Source of the DNA: an uncultured candidate division Zixibacteria bacterium
GTDB taxonomy: Bacteria; Zixibacteria; MSB-5A5; GN15; FEB-12
DNA length: 64,000 bases
NCBI GenBank assembly: GCA_963735035.1
Contig: CAVTJJ010000004.1
Span: 1,536,001-1,600,000, forward strand
Direction of reading: 5' to 3'
A program made the translations under genes and the position numbers. Shown here in pieces: positions 27,415-37,285 of this stretch. The notes under the pieces are model-generated. The model was given only the letters and a program-made list of their open reading frames with translations, was not told the DNA's origin and made no database searches. How positions within the stretch are numbered: the first letter of the stretch is position 1; each line of letters begins with the position of its first letter.

Positions 27415-29249
27415 GCCCGACCCGCGATAACCGTCCCTGGATTCGCCCCCTCCCGGAGCGGCTGATCAACAAGATCGCTGCCGGTGAAGTAGTCGAGCGG
27501 CCGGCTTCGGTAGTCAAAGAACTGGTTGAGAATGCTCTCGACGCCGGTTCCACCCGGATCGAAATCATCATAGAAAAATCTGGCACCCGTCTGATTAAGA
27601 TTGTCGATAACGGCTGCGGTATCGACGAGGAACAGGTCGAGATCGCTTTCTCGCGTCATGCGACTTCGAAAATATCCGAGTTCAATGATCTCGACCGAAT
27701 CGAGTCGTACGGTTTTCGCGGCGAGGCTTTGCCGTCGATAGCCTCAGTTTCACGCATGCGCATGGTGTCGCGACCGCGCGAAAAGGACTCGGGAACCGAG
27801 ATCATTTTCGAAGGCGGCGTGCTTCAAAGCAAGAAGCCGTCGGCCACCCAGGTCGGGACCGTGGTCGAAGTCGAGAATCTATTCTTCAACACCCCGGCTC
27901 GTCGCAAATTTCTTAAAGCAGAAACGACCGAGGCACGCCATGTCACCCGTATCGCGATGGCGCTCGCTATGGGACGCTATCAGGTCGGTTTCACCTATAA
28001 CCTGAATGGAAGGCAGATATTCGCGCTCCCGTCGGGACTCGGTCTGAAAGAACGGGTACCCGCGCTTCTGGCGCCGGGGAAGGAATTCGTTGAAATCAGC
28101 GGCGAAGTTGGCCCGGTCAAAATCATCGGCTATGTCGGCGCCCCCGGACTCGCTCAGTCCAACAGAAACGGTCAGTTTATATTCATCAACGGGCGATACA
28201 TCCAGTCCCCGTCACTCGCCCACGCCTTTGCTGCAGGATATGGGGAACTGCTTCCCAAGGGCAATTTCCCGATTGGGGCTTTGTTACTTGAAGTTGATCC
28301 GACCGAAGTTGACGTTAACGTTCACCCGGCCAAGACGGAAGTGCGCCTGTCCCGCGAACGCGAAGTCTATGACGCGGTTTACCGTCTGGTGAAAGGGGCG
28401 CTTCGCCAGGAAGGCGTGATTCCGCATCTGCAGGTTCCCGATGAACATCAAACGCGACCATCGCAATCAAATTGGGCGGTGCCTCCTGAACTACAAAGCC
28501 GTGGTACAATTCCCGGTATTACATCGGGCGATTCAGGGCGAACGCATTTCCTTGGCGAACTCTATCGCACGACTCCGCCCGTTTCGACGCCGGTGACGTC
28601 ATCTGTAGTGCGCGTCGACGTTTCCACTGGAGAAATCGTTTCTGAGGAGGCATCAGTCCCAGAAACTTCACGCGAGGCCACTGATATCCGTTTCATTGGA
28701 CGATTCGACGACCTGTATCTGCTTTTTCAGGTAGGACACGAACTGTACATCCTTGATCAGCACACTGCCCATGAACGGGTTTTGTTTGAAGAAACAATGC
28801 GCCTCATGGATGCTCAAGGTTCGGTCGGACAGCAGTTGTTGCTTCCGGTCCAAATTGAACTGGGTGCCGAGCAGATGGGTTTGTTCGATGAAGCTCACGA
28901 GGTTCTGGCGAAAGCTGGATTTACGGTCGAGCTTTTTGGTGGCAATACGGTTCGCATCGAAGCGGTCCCCGCGATTCTGTCGCGGCGATCACCAGAGAAA
29001 GCCTTTCGGGCCGTAATGGACGATATCGCCTCGCTGAAGAAATCGGGCTACGATCTTAAGAAGGCCGTGGCTCAGTCGGTGGCGTGTCGCTCTGCCGTCA
29101 TGTCCGGCGACCGATTAACCGATCGGGAAGTTGTTGGTTTGGTGGAGCGGCTACTCAAGTGCGAAAACCGGTATTCCTGTCCGCATGGGCGGCCGACTTT
29201 CATCAGGCTGTCCCGCGAATACCTCGACAAGCAGTTTGGCCGTGGCTGA
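27411..29249 (+). CDS. mutL: DNA mismatch repair endonuclease MutL
   Basis: IAAGEVVERPASVVKELVEN, GFRGEAL; endonuclease motifs DQHTAHER, ACR, CPHGRP. Confidence 0.98.
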   Translation: MSPTRDNRPWIRPLPERLINKIAAGEVVERPASVVKELVENALDAGSTRIEIIIEKSGTRLIKIVDNGCGIDEEQVEIAFSRHATSKISEFNDLDRIESYGFRGEALPSIASVSRMRMVSRPREKDSGTEIIFEGGVLQSKKPSATQVGTVVEVENLFFNTPARRKFLKAETTEARHVTRIAMALAMGRYQVGFTYNLNGRQIFALPSGLGLKERVPALLAPGKEFVEISGEVGPVKIIGYVGAPGLAQSNRNGQFIFINGRYIQSPSLAHAFAAGYGELLPKGNFPIGALLLEVDPTEVDVNVHPAKTEVRLSREREVYDAVYRLVKGALRQEGVIPHLQVPDEHQTRPSQSNWAVPPELQSRGTIPGITSGDSGRTHFLGELYRTTPPVSTPVTSSVVRVDVSTGEIVSEEASVPETSREATDIRFIGRFDDLYLLFQVGHELYILDQHTAHERVLFEETMRLMDAQGSVGQQLLLPVQIELGAEQMGLFDEAHEVLAKAGFTVELFGGNTVRIEAVPAILSRRSPEKAFRAVMDDIASLKKSGYDLKKAVAQSVACRSAVMSGDRLTDREVVGLVERLLKCENRYSCPHGRPTFIRLSREYLDKQFGRG

Positions 29250-30183
29250 TACGCTGTGCATCCCCGTTATTTGCGGACCGACCGGCTCCGGTAAGACCGC
29301 AGCCGCGCTGGCGCTGGCGAGGACATTCCCGATTGAAATAGTCTCGGCCGACTCGCGCCAGATCATCAAGTATCTAAATATCGGGACGGCCAAGCCGACC
29401 GCGGAAGAACAGGCACAGGTTCGTTTTCATCTGATTGATTTGATCGAGCCGGGGGAGAGGTACTCGGCCTTTCGCTTTCTCGAAGACGCTGATCGCACAA
29501 TCACTCAGATAATCAAATCCGGTCACCTCCCCCTGATTGTTGGGGGTACCGGATTGTATCTGAAGGCACTGACTGAAGGGGTCGTCGAGATCGAGCGAGA
29601 CGCTTCGGAAATCCGTGAAGAATTGGAAAGACAACTGATCGAGCTTGGGCCGGAAGAAATGTATCGGCGGATGAGCGAGATCGATCCGGAAGAAGCGGCT
29701 CGTACTCATCCGCACAACCGGGTGCGGGTCATTCGAGCGCTGGAGATATTCCGTCTGACCGGTCAGCCCAAATCGAAACTTCTCGCTTCCGGGGCGTACA
29801 AGAAGAGTGAGTACGATTACGCGTTCTATTGTCTTATGCCGGATCGGGAAGCTCTCTATGAAGCGATCAACGGTCGGGTAGGTCGAATGTTGGAGCAGGG
29901 TCTTCTGGAAGAAATCGACGGTCTTCTCGCTCGCGGTCTTGGCGCTGCTTTGCGCCGGGCCAACGTGATCGGGTACGAGGAATTTCTCGATTACCGTGAA
30001 GGCAAATGTACTCTCGAAGAAGCAGTTGACATGCTGAAGCAGAATAGCCGTCGCTACGCCAAACGCCAGATGACCTGGTTTCGTCATCAGATTGACGGGC
30101 AGGTCTACTTCAATTTGGAGCTTCTGGTCGCCGCCCTGGAGAAAGACCTCTCTGAAGGTCAAAAAAAGGGGGTTAGGACTTGA
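29242..30183 (+). CDS. miaA: tRNA dimethylallyltransferase
   Basis: GPTGSGKT, DSRQI, GTAKP, VGGTGLY, YAKRQMTWF; GTG start overlaps the mutL end. Confidence 0.96.
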   Translation: MADTLCIPVICGPTGSGKTAAALALARTFPIEIVSADSRQIIKYLNIGTAKPTAEEQAQVRFHLIDLIEPGERYSAFRFLEDADRTITQIIKSGHLPLIVGGTGLYLKALTEGVVEIERDASEIREELERQLIELGPEEMYRRMSEIDPEEAARTHPHNRVRVIRALEIFRLTGQPKSKLLASGAYKKSEYDYAFYCLMPDREALYEAINGRVGRMLEQGLLEEIDGLLARGLGAALRRANVIGYEEFLDYREGKCTLEEAVDMLKQNSRRYAKRQMTWFRHQIDGQVYFNLELLVAALEKDLSEGQKKGVRT

Positions 30184-30304
30184 CAGTAGGATTTGCTGTT
30201 TGTTATATGCCAAGCACTTAGCCGGTTTGCCCCTAAAGCGGACGGCCGGACGGACGATATTAAGGAAGAAGAGCCCCCGGAAACATTTGTCCGGAAAGGA
30301 ACGG

Positions 30305-32620
30305 ATGCCGTTGTTTACTCGTTTTTTGTCTCCTCGTTTTTGCCTGGTAGGGATCTCATTACTGGCGCTTACAGTCGTCTCTTGCGGCGGCTCCAAGACG
30401 CTCCGGGCCCCCGAGTTGGAGTGGTCGGTCGCTTCCGACGATCAGACCTCTTCTGACACCCTGGCTGCCCCTGACACGGACGATACGGTTCGGGTGACGG
30501 AGCAGCCCCTGGTTGACAGCCTCGTGCCGGTCATATTAGACAGCGCCAGAACTCCCCGGGGCGAGTCACCCGACGTGCTATCTCCCAGAATGGCCGGACC
30601 CGGCGAGGACGAGAGTACTCTCGGCCGCTTTAGCTGGCTCTTCGGTACTACAGACCAAAGTCAATCTTCGCAGCCGATATTCTACGCCGGAGTGGACAAT
30701 GAAGACTCCGCGTCGGCTGTTGACGACGCCGCCTGGCGTATGCTCGGTTTGGCCGAGGAGTATCACTCGATGGGTGTATTGGCCAATCGTGAGGCCAACT
30801 GGGAAGAGGCCCAATACTATTTCGAGAAATCGATCAAGATCATGGCCGGCTTGGATATTGAGTCCGATACGGTGTTAACTCCCGAAGCCGCCAAGTACAA
30901 TACCCTGCTCGACAATATCATCTCAGACTATCGTTTGACTCTTCGCTCGCTGGGTCAGCTCGAAGGCGATGAGACCCCGTCGGTGCTGGTGGAACGATTT
31001 GCCGACCTGGAAGACCGTCTTCAGAAAGACACTCTGTTTGTCTCCGGCAAACAGGAGATGAACATTACGTACGATCTTCCGATCAAAATGAACGACCGGG
31101 TCAAGAGCTCGATCGTCTACTTCCAGACCGTGGCCCGCGACGCTTTCTACCGCTACCTCGGGCGGAAACACAAATACGAATCGCTTTTCAGAGAGACCCT
31201 GGCCCGACATGGCCTGCCGCAGGATTTGATATACCTTTGTCTTGTGGAATCCGGGTTCAACCCGAAGGCGTATTCCTGGGCGCGTGCCTCGGGTCTCTGG
31301 CAGTTTATTGCGTCCACCGGACGGCTCTACGGTCTCGACCGCGATTGGTGGATTGACGAGCGTCGTGACCCGATCAAGGCCACCGATGCCGCCGCTCGTT
31401 TTCTAAAGGACTTGTATAAGCAGTTCGGCGATTGGGAACTGGCTATGGCGGCCTACAACGGTGGACCCGGAAGAGTGAAGGGCACCATCAAGAAGCAGGG
31501 GACAGACGATTTCTGGAAGATGCGTCTGCGCCGTCAGACGATGGACTACGTTCCGTTGATCTATGCGGCGGCCATCATTGCCAAGGACCCTGAACGCTAC
31601 GGCTTCACAGAAGTTGTTTACGAGCCGGAGATGAAATGGGATGAAGTCACGATCGATCATTGTGTCAGCCTGAAGGATGCGGCTGCGGCCGTGGGATGCT
31701 CGGTCGATGAGCTCAAAGAATACAATCCGGAACTACTCCGCGACTATACCCCTCCGGGAGATAAAGGGTATCGCCTGAAACTGCCGCACGGCAGCAAAGA
31801 GTCATTTGCGGCGGCCTATGAATCAATGCCGACACCGCAAGAGACAAGTTGGGTGACCCATACTATTCGCAAGGGCGAGACTATCGGTACGATCGCTTCA
31901 AAGTATGGCGTATCGCAGTACGCTATTTTGGAATCAAACCACCTGAGTTCCAGAGCGACAATCATCGCCGGGAAAACCCTGATTGTTCCGGTACCCCTTG
32001 ACGGGGAAAAGGGGTGGCAGGGCGGCACCAAGAAACGGGAATATGCGGCCGAAGGATCGGTCTACACGGTTCGCCAGGGCGACACCATGTGGGATATCGC
32101 CCGGGCCTTTGGTACTTCGGTTGACGCTCTCCGTCGGGTGAACTACATCGAGCGCGGCGGACGCCTGTATGTCGGTCAGAGGCTCAAGATTCCGGCTGAC
32201 GCCTCCAATTTCAAGCAACTCAACCAGCCGCCCACTTCTCCCAGCTATGCCGCCGAAAAATCGGCAGCGGCCTCAACGCCACAAGTGGTAATGGGCTCGA
32301 CCGGGACGAAAAGCCACAAAGTTCGCGTTGGCGACTCGCTGTGGGAGATCGCCCGCAAGTACGGTACTACCACGGCCAATCTTCGCCGCTTGAACAACCT
32401 GGGTCGCACCGGACGCATTTACCCCGGACAGGTGCTGCAGGTGGGGACGGAGACGTCAAGCGCTATCGACTATGTCATATATACGGTCCAGCAAGGTGAC
32501 AGCCTGGCGGGGATCGCCAAGCAGTTCGGGATTTCGATCTCTACTATTCTATCACTTAACGAATTGGACGATCCGGACAATCTGCAGGTAGGCCAGATAC
32601 TCAAAATTCAACCGCAGTGA
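30305..32620 (+). CDS. mltD: MltD-like lytic transglycosylase lipoprotein with four LysM domains
   Basis: Lipobox VVSC; SLT motifs VES, GLWQF, AAYNGG; LysM repeats (KGETI, QGDTM, VGDSL, QGDSL). Confidence 0.88.
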   Translation: MPLFTRFLSPRFCLVGISLLALTVVSCGGSKTLRAPELEWSVASDDQTSSDTLAAPDTDDTVRVTEQPLVDSLVPVILDSARTPRGESPDVLSPRMAGPGEDESTLGRFSWLFGTTDQSQSSQPIFYAGVDNEDSASAVDDAAWRMLGLAEEYHSMGVLANREANWEEAQYYFEKSIKIMAGLDIESDTVLTPEAAKYNTLLDNIISDYRLTLRSLGQLEGDETPSVLVERFADLEDRLQKDTLFVSGKQEMNITYDLPIKMNDRVKSSIVYFQTVARDAFYRYLGRKHKYESLFRETLARHGLPQDLIYLCLVESGFNPKAYSWARASGLWQFIASTGRLYGLDRDWWIDERRDPIKATDAAARFLKDLYKQFGDWELAMAAYNGGPGRVKGTIKKQGTDDFWKMRLRRQTMDYVPLIYAAAIIAKDPERYGFTEVVYEPEMKWDEVTIDHCVSLKDAAAAVGCSVDELKEYNPELLRDYTPPGDKGYRLKLPHGSKESFAAAYESMPTPQETSWVTHTIRKGETIGTIASKYGVSQYAILESNHLSSRATIIAGKTLIVPVPLDGEKGWQGGTKKREYAAEGSVYTVRQGDTMWDIARAFGTSVDALRRVNYIERGGRLYVGQRLKIPADASNFKQLNQPPTSPSYAAEKSAAASTPQVVMGSTGTKSHKVRVGDSLWEIARKYGTTTANLRRLNNLGRTGRIYPGQVLQVGTETSSAIDYVIYTVQQGDSLAGIAKQFGISISTILSLNELDDPDNLQVGQILKIQPQ

Positions 32621-32632
32621 CAGGAGCATAGG

Positions 32633-33535
32633 ATGGCTCGCAGGCGAGATGTCGTAATTGGAGTGATTATTGGCGCCGCGTTTCTGATGGTTTTCGGGAT
32701 GGTGGCGCTGATGTTTACGGGGGCGTTGATGTCCGACGGCGATGTGACTCTGGGGTCGCTCGGCGGTTCGGTGGGCATTGTCCCGATGTACGGTGTTATC
32801 GATGAATCCTCCGGGCGTCCGGTAATCGAAACCCTGGAGCGATGGCGCGATACCAAGTCTATCAAGGCCATCGTACTTCATGTCAATTCCCCGGGTGGCG
32901 GCACGGCCATTTCGCAGGAAATCCATGACGAAATAATCCGCGTTCGCGATAAGAAACCGGTGATAGTTTCTATGGCCGAAGTGGCCGCATCGGGAGGATA
33001 TTATATCTCCTGCGCCGCCGATCGGATCGTAGCCAACCCTGGAACGGTCACCGGCTCGATAGGTGTCATTATCTCGTTTCATACCTTCGCCGGGGTTTTC
33101 GACAAGATCGGAATCGGCACCGAAACGGTCAAATCGGGCGAGTTCAAGGACGTTGGCAACTACTCCCGGGATATGACCGAGGACGAAAAACTGATGCTTC
33201 AGTCGGTCGTGGCTGACAGCTACGAGCAGTTTGTCGAGGCGGTAGTCGAGGGCCGGGGGATGGAGCGGGAAGACGTCTACGCGGTCGCGGACGGGTCAAT
33301 TTATACGGGCCTACAGGCCCATAATCTCGGTCTGGTGGACAGTCTGGGTGGTCTGAGCGACGCTGTCCGGATGGCCGGGAACATGGCCGGCCTGGGCGAC
33401 GAACCGGACGTTGTCCGCCCCCGGGAAAAGCGCCGAAGTTACCTCTCAGACCTCCTTTCAGGGGTCCTGGGTGATATCGGCCAGCAGGTCCAGGGTGCTT
33501 CAGTCGGTCCCCGACTGGAGTATATTTACAAGTAA
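32633..33535 (+). CDS. sppA: Signal peptide peptidase SppA (36K type)
   Basis: NSPGG, AASGGYY, TGSIGV, KSGEFKD. Confidence 0.93.
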   Translation: MARRRDVVIGVIIGAAFLMVFGMVALMFTGALMSDGDVTLGSLGGSVGIVPMYGVIDESSGRPVIETLERWRDTKSIKAIVLHVNSPGGGTAISQEIHDEIIRVRDKKPVIVSMAEVAASGGYYISCAADRIVANPGTVTGSIGVIISFHTFAGVFDKIGIGTETVKSGEFKDVGNYSRDMTEDEKLMLQSVVADSYEQFVEAVVEGRGMEREDVYAVADGSIYTGLQAHNLGLVDSLGGLSDAVRMAGNMAGLGDEPDVVRPREKRRSYLSDLLSGVLGDIGQQVQGASVGPRLEYIYK

Positions 33536-33716
33536 ATGGACAAAAAAAGTGAGCCGGAGTCGAAATTTTCACTTGGCTTACTGATTGATTTTATTATCTT
33601 CCCACGTCCCAAGGGCTTAACCCTGGGGTTGCTCGACGGTCAGTTGTGTGTGGCCGTCGTTGAAAGAGGATAAAAGAGAGCTGTTGAACATAGAGAGACT
33701 TGAGAGGGAATAAGCT

Positions 33717-34001
33717 GTGACCAAAGCCGATTTAGTCGAGAAGGTAGCCGAACGCACGGGGCTCACCCGAACCGACGTGGCCGTTGTAGTCGATTCTTTT
33801 CTGGAGACAGTGAAGAAGTCGGTGGAGGCTGGGCACAATATTGAGATCCGTGGTTTTGGCACTTTTAAGATCAAGTTGCGCAAGGCCAGGAAAGCTCGTA
33901 ATCCCCGTACGGGAGACGTTGTTCCAGTCCCTGATCGCAAGGTGCCGGTGTTCAAGCCCTCCAATGAATTTAAGAACATGATTACTAAGCTGTCGCTGTA
34001 G
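33717..34001 (+). CDS. HU/IHF-family DNA-binding protein
   Basis: MTKADLV...IRGFGTF...ARNPRTG...VFKPS. Confidence 0.95.
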   Translation: MTKADLVEKVAERTGLTRTDVAVVVDSFLETVKKSVEAGHNIEIRGFGTFKIKLRKARKARNPRTGDVVPVPDRKVPVFKPSNEFKNMITKLSL

Positions 34002-34029
34002 CAGCGGCAGGAACCCACACGGAGGCTGA

Positions 34030-34125
34030 ATGCCAAGCGGAAAAAAGCGCAAGCGTCAAAAGATCAAGACGCACAAGCGCAAGAAACGCAGACGCGCCGA
34101 TCGTCATAAGAAGAAGATCCGTTAG
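34030..34125 (+). CDS. 30S ribosomal protein bS22 (AURKAIP1/COX24-like small basic protein), missing from the ORF track
   Basis: GGAGG SD; MPSGKKRKRQKIKTHKRKKRRRADRHKKKIR* matches the Bacteroidetes-type bS22 pattern MPSGKKRKR.K..THKRKKR. Confidence 0.88.
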   Translation: MPSGKKRKRQKIKTHKRKKRRRADRHKKKIR

Positions 34126-34268
34126 CAGCGGCGGAAAATAACTCCGCCGCACGCGGAACTGGTTTCCTTCGAACGGTTTTCGCTGTTTGGACCGAGACTG
34201 GGGAAGTTGCCGGCTGGAGTTCACAAGACCCCAACTGACAACGACATACCAGACATATCCAAAATGTG

Positions 34269-34299
34269 TGCCCGCCCCACAAGGGTGGGCATTCTTGTT
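34269..34299 (+). terminator. Probable intrinsic terminator
   Basis: TGCCCGCCC-cacaa-GGGTGGGCA hairpin followed by TTCTTGTT. Confidence 0.55.
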
Positions 34300-34314
34300 G
34301 CCTTCACGGAGACC

Positions 34315-37182
34315 GTGAACTATGCGAAGAACTGCCTATTAACTATTGTTGTCCTGGTCGTACTGTGTGCGGCTGGCAGTGTCCTGGCGGACAAGACCGA
34401 TTTTCTGGTGAACGACGATCACTCGGTTGTCGAACAGGACCACCCCCGCATCGCCGTTTCCGGCGACGGTGACTTTGTCATCGTTTGGGTGGATCGACGG
34501 TCCGGCTCGGCCGACATCTTTCTTCAACGATATACTTCCCTCGGCGCTACCATCGGTGTCAACCGCCGTCTAAACGACGACACCGGCACCGCCTATCAGT
34601 CCGAGGCTTCCGTAGCAGTCGATCTAGGCGGTCAGTACTCGGTCGTTTGGAAGGATTACCGCAACGGGACTTATCCGTTCGATCCCGATGTCTATCTCCA
34701 ACGGCTCGATACTTCTTTGACGTCGCTCGGGACCAACTCCGTTCTGACCGTCGAGTTACCCGATTCATTGAAAGAAACACCCGATGTGGCCCTCTCGCAG
34801 TGGGGGAACGGGGTAGTGGTCTGGGCGGACTATCGCAACCGGAATTGGGACATCTACGGGCAATTGATTGCCGCTGACGGGTCCCGTATCGGATCCAATT
34901 TTATCGTCAACATCGATGGCGGTGTGACCCAGCAGCATGCTCCGAGAGTTGCGGTTTCTCCAGAAGGTTGGTTTGTGGTAACCTGGTACGACAGCCGTAA
35001 CGGCAATGATGATATCTACGTGCAGAGATTTGACGCCTCGGCTAATCGCCTGGGCACCAATGTAAAGATCAATTCCGACCCCGGTACGTCACGGCAGGCT
35101 TTCCCCGACGTCGCCTGTGACGGCGCGGGGCACTTCACGGTCGTTTGGGTCGACTGGCGCAACGGCGTCTATCCGGCCAATCCCGATATCTACGCCCGCA
35201 AGTTCGATACTACCATGACTCCGGTGGCGGTCGACGCCATGGTCAACCGGGATGGCAGCCGTCGCGCTCAGCGCGAACCGACTATCGCCGCCGACCGCAG
35301 AGGTAACGTGGCCATCATCTGGTCTGATTCCTCGGGTGCGGCCGAGTTGTTCGACATAGTCGGACAGATGATCGATGTCGATGGTGTTATCCGAGAGGAA
35401 AATTTCCAAGCCAACACGGAATCTGATTCGGCGCAACTGCAGGCCGATGTCGCCCTCGACGGCCGCAATAGGTACATCACCTGGGCTGACAAGCGCAATG
35501 GCAACTATGACATATATGCTTCAATCACGCAGTACAACGACCCGACTCTCGTGCCCACTCCAGCAGCCCTTCAGTTCGACATGCTCGTCGGAGGGACGCT
35601 CCCACCCGCCCAACAACTTCAGATCGATCACTACGGTTACAATTCGCTCAATTTCCGGGTGCTGAGATCGCAAAGTTGGTTGCAGGTTACCCCGTCTTCC
35701 GGGGTGACTCCGGCCACGGTCAACGTATCAATTGCCACTGATACCCTGCCATTTGGAACTTATGTCGCGACATTGACCTTGCACGATGTCAGCAACAATG
35801 ATTCGACGGTTCAGGTATCGGTACGACTCAACGTCGCCTCCACGATATTGCAGTTGTCCGAAGACACGCTTCATTTTCAGGTGTTCGGCGGTATTAACGA
35901 TGAAGATTCTCAGACGCTAACCATATCGAATCCCGGTGTGGGAGAGCTGAACTGGGCGGCAGTTGAAGCTATCGACTGGTTGCAGGTTGATCCCGCAAGC
36001 GGACCGAATAGCTCTCTTGTGACTATGACAGTCAACGGGCTGACTCTCACCGAGGGGACGCTGCTCGATTCGATAGTAATTCAGGCTGATGGGGCAACAA
36101 ACTCGCACGCCACGGTATGGCTCAGGGTGGATGTCGCCGCCAATCGGCCTTATCTCCAGCTTGACCCGGACAGTCTGTTCATAGCTACTGAGAATCCGGC
36201 GGCTGAGTCTGCCTATGCCGTTGTTCGCAACGCCGGATCAGGGTCACTGGCGTGGACGGCGGTTTCCAATGCTTCGTGGCTAATTCTGAGTCCGAGCACC
36301 GGCATAGATAACGATACGGTCAATTTCTCGATCGATAGCACCGGCTTGACTCCGGGCCGCTACGTATCCAGTGTGACCTTCTCCGATCCGGGCGCATATC
36401 ACCCGATTGTCACACTGCCGTTTGTTCTCGATTATCTGGCGATTGGGAATGACACGATTATTGTCGCCGATCTCGCCATGGCCCCCGGAGAGAGCGATTC
36501 TCTTCCGGTGCTTCTGGTGCTGCACAACTCGACACACCAAGTCGAACTGCCGCTGTCATACAATGCACAATTGGCCTCGATCAGCTCGGTGAGCTTTGGG
36601 ACAGGGCTGCCGGCATACATGACCGGAGCCCTCACACTCGATTCGGCCCAGGGACTGGCATCGATTGTAGTTTCAAGTTCTCCGACGGACAGCCTTCTGG
36701 CGCCGGGTAGTTATCCGGTCTGGCTTCATCTGACTGCCGGGGCCGGCACGGGAGTCTTTGAGCTTGGCGAAGCTTCTGCGGTAAATCTGGCTGCGGCAGT
36801 GGTCGATTCGGGCGGTGTGCGGTATCATCCGACCGTGTTGCCGGGTCAGGTGCGAATAGAGGGCGCCACAGCCGTCGAGCCCGATCCGGTGGTCGAGCTA
36901 CCGACCTCGTTTGCGCTCGCACAGAATTTCCCGAACCCGTTCAACCCAACTACTTCAATTGTTTTTCAAGTTCCCCGTCTGGCCGAAGTCCAGGTGGAGG
37001 TATTCAATATTCTCGGGCAAAGAGTTGCTCTGCTGGCCCAGGGAATATACCCCGCCGGTACGCATACCGTGTTGTGGGACACCAGGTTAAGCGATGTTCG
37101 CGAGGCTCCGTCGGGCATCTATTTCTATCGCCTTCAGGCCCCGGGCGTATCGCTGGTTCGCAAGATGATCCTCATTAAATAG
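34315..37182 (+). CDS. Secreted protein: propeller-like repeats + BACON-like Ig domains + cohesin-like domain + T9SS type-A C-terminal domain
   Basis: Repeats of P.VA....G...VVW.D.R....DIY.Q; three W.....WL.V.P.SG units; C-terminal QNFPNPFNPTT...SGIYFYRL...RKMILIK; GTG start after GGAGA inferred. Confidence 0.82.
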   Translation: MNYAKNCLLTIVVLVVLCAAGSVLADKTDFLVNDDHSVVEQDHPRIAVSGDGDFVIVWVDRRSGSADIFLQRYTSLGATIGVNRRLNDDTGTAYQSEASVAVDLGGQYSVVWKDYRNGTYPFDPDVYLQRLDTSLTSLGTNSVLTVELPDSLKETPDVALSQWGNGVVVWADYRNRNWDIYGQLIAADGSRIGSNFIVNIDGGVTQQHAPRVAVSPEGWFVVTWYDSRNGNDDIYVQRFDASANRLGTNVKINSDPGTSRQAFPDVACDGAGHFTVVWVDWRNGVYPANPDIYARKFDTTMTPVAVDAMVNRDGSRRAQREPTIAADRRGNVAIIWSDSSGAAELFDIVGQMIDVDGVIREENFQANTESDSAQLQADVALDGRNRYITWADKRNGNYDIYASITQYNDPTLVPTPAALQFDMLVGGTLPPAQQLQIDHYGYNSLNFRVLRSQSWLQVTPSSGVTPATVNVSIATDTLPFGTYVATLTLHDVSNNDSTVQVSVRLNVASTILQLSEDTLHFQVFGGINDEDSQTLTISNPGVGELNWAAVEAIDWLQVDPASGPNSSLVTMTVNGLTLTEGTLLDSIVIQADGATNSHATVWLRVDVAANRPYLQLDPDSLFIATENPAAESAYAVVRNAGSGSLAWTAVSNASWLILSPSTGIDNDTVNFSIDSTGLTPGRYVSSVTFSDPGAYHPIVTLPFVLDYLAIGNDTIIVADLAMAPGESDSLPVLLVLHNSTHQVELPLSYNAQLASISSVSFGTGLPAYMTGALTLDSAQGLASIVVSSSPTDSLLAPGSYPVWLHLTAGAGTGVFELGEASAVNLAAAVVDSGGVRYHPTVLPGQVRIEGATAVEPDPVVELPTSFALAQNFPNPFNPTTSIVFQVPRLAEVQVEVFNILGQRVALLAQGIYPAGTHTVLWDTRLSDVREAPSGIYFYRLQAPGVSLVRKMILIK

Positions 37183-37222
37183 CTGCCAGTGTGGTCGCGT
37201 ATTGAAAAAGTACCGACTCTAA

Positions 37223-37248
37223 CAAAACTTCCGCCCTCATTTTTCGTA
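37223..37248 (+). promoter_or_regulatory. Possible ECF-sigma promoter
   Basis: CAAAAC-N16-CGTA, similar to the AAAC-N16-CGTA ECF consensus. Confidence 0.3.
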
Positions 37249-37285
37249 TTGAAGTTCAACGACAGCTACGAAGGTCGGAGGTTGG

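Noticed and set aside
30161..30172. A7-G5 homopolymer at the miaA 3' end
   Set aside because: It lies in the last few non-conserved codons, so slippage would have little effect.
24805..30183. mutS-mutL-miaA adjacency with an endonuclease-type MutL
   Set aside because: Common arrangement in MutH-less bacteria; not novel.
33608..33659. Two hairpins in the HU gene leader
   Set aside because: Compatible with an ordinary stabilising 5' UTR; no known motif or alternative pairing seen.
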